From Oscillospiraceae bacterium (lineage in GTDB: Bacteria > Bacillota > Clostridia > Oscillospirales > Acutalibacteraceae), in the NCBI GenBank assembly GCA_015065885.1, contig SVPJ01000005.1, positions 1,915-65,914 on the forward strand: a stretch of DNA of 64,000 nt. Reading direction: 5' to 3'. Below the pieces are notes generated by a model. The model did not search any database and was not told where the DNA came from. It saw only the letters and a program-made list of their open reading frames with translations. The translations under genes were made by a program, and so were the position numbers. Positions 57,491 through 64,000 of the stretch are shown here, piece after piece; position 1 is the stretch's first letter, and each line of letters starts with the position of its first letter.

Positions 57491-59806
57491 TTAGTTCATC
57501 TCGAGCTTCTCGATATCGTTCATCCAACCCCAGAAGGTGGTGATGTCGGGAGTCAGGGTGCTGATCTTCACGCGCTCGGTGCTGAAGATCAAAGCATTCT
57601 GACGCTGGTAGGAGGGAATCTCCACGCCCCAGTCCATGATGATCTCAAGGCAGGACTTGTAGGTAGCCTTACGGTATGCACGGTCCGCAGAGGTACGCGC
57701 ATCCATGATCAGCTGATCCAGTTCGTCGTCCGCGATCGCATAGTGGTTGGAGTTGGTGCCGCCCAGACCCACAGCGTTGGTGCTGTAGTAGACCTGATAC
57801 ATATCCGGGTCAACCGTAGCGCCCCACGCAGCAGACCACATCTCGCACTCGCCCGCGTCCAGAGTATCCCACAGAACGTTGGAGTCGGACGGGTCGTTGA
57901 TCTCGAGAGTGATACCGATGGTTTCGAGAGCCGCCTTCGCGTCGGTCAGGATCGCGTAGTTCGGGTGGTCGCCCTTACCGTCGGCAGGAATGATGAACTC
58001 ATAAGTCATCTTTGCACCGGCAGGAGCCGCCGTGAACTTGGAGGAAGCTTCGTCCCAAGTGTAGCCGGCAGCCTTCAGGAAGCCGATGGTCGCCTGCAGA
58101 GCCGCTTCGTACTTCGCTTCTTCAGCCATATCCGCGGTGTAGATCGGGTTGCCGTCCACATCCTTGGAGTAAGCCAGAGCGTAGCCTTCGTCAGCCGGCT
58201 TCGGAGCCGCCCACGAGGTGTTGGAGATCGGGTACTGGATGACAGCCGCACGATCGCCGTAGTAGGAGTTGATCGCGGTGTCGCGATACACGGCAAACAG
58301 GGTCGCGAACGCTTTGCGCAGATTCTTGGAAGCTTCGCTGGTCTTGTCGTCGCCGACCTTCACGTTGTTCGCGTTGATGCCGAGGTAGCCGTAGCCGAGG
58401 TTGTCCACCGTGTTGGTGGTGATCTTGTTGCCGATCAGTTCGCCGCCGTTAGCTTCCTTAATGGAATCCACCGTTGCGGTATCGAAGTTCGGATCGGTCA
58501 CGTCGAACGCGCCGGAGGTCACGCCCGCCAGCTTATCGGTAGCAGCCGTTTCCTTGAACAGCAGGTTGGTGATCTTCGGGCAGCCCTTGAAGTAGTTTTC
58601 ATTCGCCACGAAGGTGATAACACCGTTCTCGAAGCTCTTGAACTTGTAGGGGCCGGCACCCAGAGGCTGGGTGGTCTTGGCCTTCACGCCGGACAGATCG
58701 CCCTTGGTGAAGCCGAACTTGTTGTTCGCATAGTCATACGCATCCACAGAGCCGTAGTAGTGCAGAGGAGCAACCGAAACAGCCAGTTGATAGATGGACA
58801 CAGCGTCGAACTTGCTCATGGTGATCTTCAAGGAGTAGTCGCCGGTCTTTTCGATACCCGCAATGTTCGCAGCGGATTCGCCGGTGACAACACCCGCGGC
58901 ATACTCGTTCGCTTTGTCGCCGAGTTCCGCGTTGATGAGGTCCACGATGGACTCGTTGAACGCTTCGTAGTCAATACCGGTGGAACTGATGTCGTAGCCG
59001 TAGTTCGCCTTGATCGCCGCCCAGAAGTCTGCAGCAGTTGCGATATCGGTGTAACCCCACAGCTCTGCAGCGCCGGCGTGATCGGATACGCCGTAGTCCG
59101 CGCCGTACGCTTCGATGATGTCATCGAGGATGCCGGTAGCAAACTTCAGACCGGCCGCTTCGAACGCATTCCAGTAGTACTCAGCCTGCTCAGCAGTGTA
59201 GAACTCACTGGTCTTGTCGGGGCCGTCCGCGAGCAGCAGGTTGGACAGAGCGTCCATACCGCTGCGATACTCTTCCATACCAACGATGGGCTGAGCATAG
59301 AAGGTGCTGGAGCCGTCGTAGGTCGGGTCGGACAGAACGTACATCGAGAAGATGACGTCATCCGCAGTCAGAGCATCGCCGTCGCTGAACTTGATGTCTT
59401 CGCGCAGCTTGAACTCGTACACGACCGTACCGTCATCGTTGTTGGTGATGGTGCAGTCCGCGATACCGGTGTATTTGTAATCGGTACCGTTGTAGGGAAT
59501 AGTTTCGCCTTCGATGCCCTTCAGGACAACGTTGCCTTCACGATCGGTGCCCAAAAGGCCGATCGAGACGATACCCGCAACGTCCTGATCATACGCAGTC
59601 GTTGCGAAGAAGGGGCTGAACTTGCTCGAGAAGTAGTCATACCCCGCCACCAGCGTGTCGCCGCCGGTGTAGCCCTGATCTTGGTTCGCCGGATCTTTTT
59701 TCGGATCTTCATTCGGCTTTTGGGTGCCGTTGCACGCCGCCAGCATGGAGACCATCATAAGAACAGACAGTACCAGAGCCAGGATTTTTGCCAGGTTCTT
59801 TTTCAT
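57491..59806 (-). CDS. oppA: Family-5 ABC substrate-binding lipoprotein (OppA-like, oversized at 771 aa)
   Basis: Signal peptide with lipobox (SMLAAC) and SBP_bac_5-like blocks. ATG at 59806 has an AGGAGGG RBS. Confidence 0.85.
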   Translation of the reverse strand: MKKNLAKILALVLSVLMMVSMLAACNGTQKPNEDPKKDPANQDQGYTGGDTLVAGYDYFSSKFSPFFATTAYDQDVAGIVSIGLLGTDREGNVVLKGIEGETIPYNGTDYKYTGIADCTITNNDDGTVVYEFKLREDIKFSDGDALTADDVIFSMYVLSDPTYDGSSTFYAQPIVGMEEYRSGMDALSNLLLADGPDKTSEFYTAEQAEYYWNAFEAAGLKFATGILDDIIEAYGADYGVSDHAGAAELWGYTDIATAADFWAAIKANYGYDISSTGIDYEAFNESIVDLINAELGDKANEYAAGVVTGESAANIAGIEKTGDYSLKITMSKFDAVSIYQLAVSVAPLHYYGSVDAYDYANNKFGFTKGDLSGVKAKTTQPLGAGPYKFKSFENGVITFVANENYFKGCPKITNLLFKETAATDKLAGVTSGAFDVTDPNFDTATVDSIKEANGGELIGNKITTNTVDNLGYGYLGINANNVKVGDDKTSEASKNLRKAFATLFAVYRDTAINSYYGDRAAVIQYPISNTSWAAPKPADEGYALAYSKDVDGNPIYTADMAEEAKYEAALQATIGFLKAAGYTWDEASSKFTAAPAGAKMTYEFIIPADGKGDHPNYAILTDAKAALETIGITLEINDPSDSNVLWDTLDAGECEMWSAAWGATVDPDMYQVYYSTNAVGLGGTNSNHYAIADDELDQLIMDARTSADRAYRKATYKSCLEIIMDWGVEIPSYQRQNALIFSTERVKISTLTPDITTFWGWMNDIEKLEMN

Positions 59807-59919
59807 AAGAATCCCTCCTAAAATATTTGAATCTGCGGCAAAGCCGCGAAATTCCTTGGTGAGTGATGACACTGCAAATCGTCATCGATTTAAATGAGTA
59901 AAGCAAAAAGGTGAAACCC

Positions 59920-60456
59920 TTACAGGGGAATCACGTCAAACGCACCTTTTTTGCGGTACATAACGCACGATGCGGAGAAGATGCCGAGTGCAGCAAGAAA
60001 AAATACCCACGTTTGCCATTCCGTTGTTGCAAGAGAAAGCGCAACCGCCGCACCCGCTCCGAGCAAAGATACACCCGAAAAGAAGATCAACAGCACGGTG
60101 GTGTGAGCCAAGCGGTCACAAATTTTGTCCCGTCGCTCGCGGGTGAGCGGGGGCGTCGAGGTGAAGGTGTAGATCACCGCGACAGTAAGATACCCCAGAG
60201 GAAGCAGGCAACAAAGCACGGGGAGCAGCACGTAAAATTGCCGCAACACCGCCGCGTTTAAGAACAGTATCACTCCGAAACACAGCACCGACCAAGCGGT
60301 CAGCAGGGCGTACAGCCTCGCCGCGCGCCTCACCGCTTGCGGTGAGGCTTTAAACGTGTATCGCGTACCGCGATACACGGCTACCGTCCTTAATTTTCCT
60401 TGTTTGTCCCGTACATTTTCCAGCCGATAGTCGGCGGCGTACTTCTTACTTACCAT
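59920..60456 (-). CDS. Hypothetical four-TM membrane protein
   Basis: 178-aa ORF between the two SBP genes. Basic N-terminal cytoplasmic segment, then hydrophobic helices. Confidence 0.55.
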   Translation of the reverse strand: MVSKKYAADYRLENVRDKQGKLRTVAVYRGTRYTFKASPQAVRRAARLYALLTAWSVLCFGVILFLNAAVLRQFYVLLPVLCCLLPLGYLTVAVIYTFTSTPPLTRERRDKICDRLAHTTVLLIFFSGVSLLGAGAAVALSLATTEWQTWVFFLAALGIFSASCVMYRKKGAFDVIPL

Positions 60457-60612
60457 ACAAAGAACACCTTTACCGTAATGAAAAGACCTGCGTATATATA
60501 CTGGTAAGATACCATAAAACGCCCCATTCTGTCAAGTGCTTGTACGAAAATTGGCTACATTATACAAATCCGTTTAAAAAATTTTACGATATCATCCAAA
60601 AGCGTATTCGAT

Positions 60613-60648
60613 GAAAAACGGTCGGCAAAATTTCGTTTGCCGACCGTT
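60613..60648 (-). terminator. Rho-independent terminator after the second SBP gene
   Basis: 13-bp stem AACGGTCGGCAAA / TTTGCCGACCGTT with T5 on the minus strand. Confidence 0.75.
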
Positions 60649-60661
60649 CATTATTCGCGCA

Positions 60662-62224
60662 TTATTCGCGCATCTTGAGCGTTTCGATTTCACGCATCCA
60701 ACGCCAAAAAGGGGTGATGTCGGCAGGAAGTGTGGAAGCGTCGATGCGTGCGGTATTGAAAACCACGACGGTCTTGCCGCCGTTTGCGGAGTCGGTACCG
60801 TTGTCCTCAAGACCGTCCACCGTGAGGACGGTGAAACGCCCGTCGTCCGGAATGTCGCTGTCTTCGCGTATATCCACTGCGGCAACGTCTACCGTGCCGT
60901 CGGCGAGGGCGCTCAAACGATCGCTGACGGTTTTCAGCAGCAGGGTCTCGATGGTGGGACAGCCTTTGCGGTAGTTCGTGTTTGCCGTTAAGGTGACCGT
61001 GCCGTCTTCGTAACTGTCGAAGACGAAGGGACCCGCACCGAGAGGGGTCGTTTTGGCGCGCACACCCGAAAGGTCGCCTTTCGTAAAGCCAAAGCGGTTG
61101 TTTTGGTAGTCGTACGCGTTGTCCGCACCGTAGTAGTGCAGAGGGGCTACGGGAACGTTTAAACCGCGCAGGGCGGCGGCATCCGCCGTGGTGAGCGTCA
61201 CGCGGACGGAGAAGTCGCCCGTCTTTTCGATACCGGCAACGGCGTGAACAAGTTCCTCGACGTTTTCGTCCTTTGGCCCTTCTGCTGTCACAAACGCTGT
61301 TTCCAAAAGGTCGGCAATAGGGGTGACGACGGCGTCGCGGTCGATGCCGTCTGCCGAAAGATCGTGATTATGGGCGGTGAGGATACACTGCCAAAAATCC
61401 GCCTTGGTTGGGAAGGCAGATCTTAGATCGTATACCGTGCCGAATGCGTCGGTGAAAGAACCGTCCTCATTTAAGGAACCGTATCCCCACACGTACATAC
61501 CGAGTACCACGTCGTCGTTTCCGCAGCGCGGAAGAAACTCCGCATAGTTTTGCAGACAATACGCGACGATCTCACCGACGAACATCTCACCTGCCGCCGC
61601 CAGCACGTCTCCCCAGTAGGCGGTGTACTGCGCTTCGGTGAAGCCGTCGTAGGCGGTGGCGTCGGGACCCGCCGCACGGATCTTGTCCGCAACAGCGGCG
61701 TATTTTTCATACAAAACGGGGCTGACGCCTGTGCGATATTCTGCGAGTCCTTTAATGGGCAGGGAGGAAAAGGCGGAAGGTCCGTCGTACGACGGGTCCG
61801 CCAGCACGTACATCGAAAAGATCACGTCGTCGGCGGTGAGCGTTTCGCCGTCGCTGAATTTCACGTCGTCGCGTAAAGTGAAATCGTACGTTACCGTGCC
61901 GTCTTCGTTTTCGGTGACGGTGCCGTTTGCAATACCGTTCTGTCCGTTCAAAACGACGTTGCCTTCACGGTCGGTATCGAGCAGAGAAAGGGTGACGAGG
62001 GATACTGCCTCCCGATCGTTGGGGGTACGGGCAAAAAACGGGTTGAACCGTCCCGAAAAGCGGTCGTACCCCACCGACAGCGCACGGCTCATCGGGGTGG
62101 TTGAGGCAGAGGGTGCGTTCGTCGGTGGCGCGGCAGGCGGGGTGGCGTGACACGCTGTCAGTGACGATATCCAAAAAAGCGCGGTGAGTATATACGCCCA
62201 AAAGCGAATAGGGTTCGTTTTCAC
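60662..62224 (-). CDS. Second family-5 ABC substrate-binding lipoprotein
   Basis: Lipobox SLTAC. Shares blocks with the 771-aa OppA-like protein (VKFSDGE.LTADDVIFSMYVL.DPSYDG, FGFTKGDLSGV.AKTT). GTG start with an AGGAGG RBS. Confidence 0.85.
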   Translation of the reverse strand: MKTNPIRFWAYILTALFWISSLTACHATPPAAPPTNAPSASTTPMSRALSVGYDRFSGRFNPFFARTPNDREAVSLVTLSLLDTDREGNVVLNGQNGIANGTVTENEDGTVTYDFTLRDDVKFSDGETLTADDVIFSMYVLADPSYDGPSAFSSLPIKGLAEYRTGVSPVLYEKYAAVADKIRAAGPDATAYDGFTEAQYTAYWGDVLAAAGEMFVGEIVAYCLQNYAEFLPRCGNDDVVLGMYVWGYGSLNEDGSFTDAFGTVYDLRSAFPTKADFWQCILTAHNHDLSADGIDRDAVVTPIADLLETAFVTAEGPKDENVEELVHAVAGIEKTGDFSVRVTLTTADAAALRGLNVPVAPLHYYGADNAYDYQNNRFGFTKGDLSGVRAKTTPLGAGPFVFDSYEDGTVTLTANTNYRKGCPTIETLLLKTVSDRLSALADGTVDVAAVDIREDSDIPDDGRFTVLTVDGLEDNGTDSANGGKTVVVFNTARIDASTLPADITPFWRWMREIETLKMRE

Positions 62225-62442
62225 GGAAACCCCTCCTTTGACAATTTACGTACGTTAAAGATACCACAAAAGCGGGAAGACTGTCAAGTTTGCGAAAGAG
62301 ATGACGCACTTTGTAAAATGTGTTAATATATTAGGAATATAATAGTATGCATAGGTTGTTCAAACGGTATATTTTCCCTCGTGTATGACGGTCGGCGGGA
62401 TTGCCCATACTGTTTTTAAAACGAGAAAAGGTGGGACGACGG

Positions 62443-63213
62443 ATGCTCGGTAAGGTGGAGATCTGCGGGGTGAACACCGCCACGCTGAAGGTGCTGAGTG
62501 AGGCGGAAAAAATGCGGCTTTTGCGGGAGATGCGTGAGGGGACCAACCCGAAAGCGCGGGAAGAAATGGTGAACGGCAATCTGCGGTTGGTACTCAGCGT
62601 GATCCAACGGTTTGCAGGACGCGGCGAAAATCCCGACGATCTGTTTCAGGTGGGTTGTATCGGACTTATGAAGGCGATCGACAACTTTGATATTACGCAA
62701 AACGTGCGGTTTTCCACCTACGGCGTGCCGATGATCATCGGCGAGATACGGCGGTATCTGCGGGATAACAACAGCGTGCGTATCAGCCGTTCGGTGCGGG
62801 ATCTGGCGTACCGTGCGATGCAGGTGAAGGAGCGGTTGACCGCCGAGCGGCAGACCGAGCCGACGGTGGAGGAGATCGCCCGTGTGCTGGACGTGGCGCG
62901 GGAAGACGTGGTGTTGGCGCTGGAATCGGTGGTGGAACCGGTGAGTTTGTATGAGCCGGTGTATGCCGACGGCGGGGATACCATCTACGTGATGGATCAA
63001 GTGGGAGACACGAACGGCGAAAACGACTGGTTGGAAGAACTGGCACTGAAAGAGGCGATCCGTTCGCTCGGTGAGCGGGAGAAGAAGATCTTGCGACTGC
63101 GCTTCTTTAAAGGAATGACGCAGGTGGAGGTTTCGGCGGAGATCGGCATCAGCCAGGCGCAGGTCAGCCGCTTGGAAAAAAGTGCGTTACAGCGTATTAA
63201 AGACCAGTTGTGA
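62443..63213 (+). CDS. sigG: Sporulation RNA polymerase sigma-G
   Basis: KVEICGVNTATLKVL, NGNLRLVLSVIQRF, DLFQVGCIGLMKAIDNFD, STYGVPMIIGEIRRYLRDNN and ISQAQVSRLEK closely parallel B. subtilis SigG as recalled. ATG at 62443. Confidence 0.85.
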   Translation: MLGKVEICGVNTATLKVLSEAEKMRLLREMREGTNPKAREEMVNGNLRLVLSVIQRFAGRGENPDDLFQVGCIGLMKAIDNFDITQNVRFSTYGVPMIIGEIRRYLRDNNSVRISRSVRDLAYRAMQVKERLTAERQTEPTVEEIARVLDVAREDVVLALESVVEPVSLYEPVYADGGDTIYVMDQVGDTNGENDWLEELALKEAIRSLGEREKKILRLRFFKGMTQVEVSAEIGISQAQVSRLEKSALQRIKDQL

Positions 63214-63260
63214 ATATTTACCGCCTCTCGCACATATGGTGTAGTAGGAGGTGGACAGGC

Positions 63261-63554
63261 GTGTTTTGTCGGATTACGGAACTGCACAATAAAGAGGTCA
63301 TCAACGTCTGTGACGGCACCCGTCTTGGGTGCGTGGACGACGTGGAGGTGGACACCCACACCGCGCAACTGACGGCGATCGTGCTGCACGGGCGACCGAA
63401 AATGCTTGGTATTATGGGGTGCGAGGAGGATACGGTCATTCCGTGGAAAGAGATCGAAGTGATCGGAGAGGAGACCATTTTGGTCAACCGCCCGCAAGGG
63501 GCGTGTAAGCCGAGCGGCGGCGTTTGCCGCGGATTGTTTGGACGCAAGTATTGA
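63261..63554 (+). CDS. ymxH: YlmC/YmxH family sporulation protein (PRC-barrel)
   Basis: The ITELHNKEVINVCDGTRLGCVDDVEVD...VIPWKEIEVIGEETILV pattern. GTG at 63261 has an AGGAGGTGG RBS. Confidence 0.75.
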   Translation: MFCRITELHNKEVINVCDGTRLGCVDDVEVDTHTAQLTAIVLHGRPKMLGIMGCEEDTVIPWKEIEVIGEETILVNRPQGACKPSGGVCRGLFGRKY

Positions 63555-63579
63555 CAAACGGGGAAAGGTTTGGTATACT
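63551..63579 (+). promoter_or_regulatory. Consensus sigma-A promoter driving the ZTP leader and pflB
   Basis: TTGACA (63551-63556), 17-nt spacer, TATACT (63574-63579). Confidence 0.7.
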
Positions 63580-63585
63580 GTATTC

Positions 63586-63660
63586 ACAGTTTTACATGAC
63601 TGACGGATTTCGCAGAGCACTGCGGGGAAGTGTAAAACACAGTATGCCGACCGTCTGGGC
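63586..63660 (+). promoter_or_regulatory. ZTP riboswitch (pfl motif)
   Basis: P1 is GTTTTACA (63589-63596) / TGTAAAAC (63631-63638) and P2 is CGCAG/CTGCG. The conserved TGACTGACGG and GGGGAAG segments are present, as is the 3' element CCGTCTGGGC (63651-63660). Its CCGTC can pair with GACGG (63602-63606). Confidence 0.75.
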
Positions 63661-63697
63661 GAGATCTGTTCGAAGTGAACGGATTTCGCCCTTTTTT
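63657..63697 (+). terminator. Riboswitch expression-platform terminator
   Basis: 15-bp stem (63657-63671 / 63677-63691, two G-U pairs) followed by T6. The 5' arm overlaps the CCGTCTGGGC aptamer element. Confidence 0.75.
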
Positions 63698-63726
63698 ATT
63701 TGTTTTATATAGAAGGAGACAGAACG

Positions 63727-64000
63727 ATGATGCACGAAAATTGGAACGGATTTACCACCGGCGTGTGGCAGAATGAGATCAACGTGCGCGACTTTATTCA
63801 GACGAACTATCACGCGTATGAAGGCGATGCCGATTTTCTCTCGGGTGCAACGCCGCGCACTGCGGCGTTGATGGACAAGGTGCAGGAATTGTTCCGCTTG
63901 GAAAGAGAAAAGGGCGGCGTGTTGGACGTGGACGTGAATACCGTGTCTTCGCTCGTCAATTACGCTCCCGGTTACATCGATAAAGAAAACGAACTGATCG
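63727..64000 (+). CDS. pflB: Formate C-acetyltransferase (pyruvate formate-lyase), N-terminal fragment running off the window
   Basis: MMHENWNGFTTGVWQNEINVRDFIQTNYHAYEGDADFLSGAT parallels the E. coli PflB N-terminus ([37 protein letters not shown]). AGGAGA RBS. Not in the ORF track because there is no stop in the window. Confidence 0.88.
   Translation, partial: MMHENWNGFTTGVWQNEINVRDFIQTNYHAYEGDADFLSGATPRTAALMDKVQELFRLEREKGGVLDVDVNTVSSLVNYAPGYIDKENELI

Noticed and set aside
62340-62380. Forespore sigma-F/sigma-G type promoter upstream of sigG (GCATA ... GGTATATTT).
   Set aside because: The spacing between the two elements (about 12 nt) does not fit the consensus spacings I recall, so I do not call it.

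Overview
This is a high-GC Firmicutes/Clostridia-type chromosomal segment. Taxonomy is inferred from gene content (sporulation sigma-G, YlmC/YmxH, the B. subtilis-like yqe gene set) and sigma-A type promoters. Positions 1-13.8 kb are a dense housekeeping block: smc (5' truncated), ftsY, rdgB, yhbY, a nadD-yqeK fusion, LCP, rsfS, leuS, rpsU, yqeG, an nfo-like gene, an M24 peptidase, efp and an acidic Zn-ribbon protein. The rest is accessory-looking. It holds a 1614-aa collagen-like/LRR mosaic surface protein with near-perfect tandem repeats and a low-GC 3' end. Next come a cluster of GTAG-flanked REP-like hairpins and a RAYT (Y1 transposase) gene that carries an inverted REP pair inside its own reading frame. 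Further on are MATE, SGNH, AEC and KtrAB genes, tRNA-Ser(GGA) followed by an unclassified Y-shaped structured RNA, a PlsC-like acyltransferase and a GltS-like symporter. A four-module flavodiiron protein and ferritin flank an AT-rich RHH islet. A glycan-utilisation stretch follows (GH78-like, Gfo/Idh/MocA, PFK, AraC, GH109-like, and a lower-GC nahK cassette). An Opp-type ABC system has an oversized OppC. The window ends with sigG, ylmC and a ZTP (pfl-motif) riboswitch in front of pflB (3' truncated). The most system-like novelty candidate is an 8-gene operon (43.5-49.7 kb). It combines RnfC, RnfD and RnfG, without RnfA/E/B, with the ApbE flavin transferase, a two-domain FMN_bind-like lipoprotein, a Gx transporter and a NusG_II protein. 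I read it as a possible NADH-fed extracytoplasmic flavin electron relay. All calls rest on reading the translated ORFs, motif recognition and hand-folding; no database search or computation was run.
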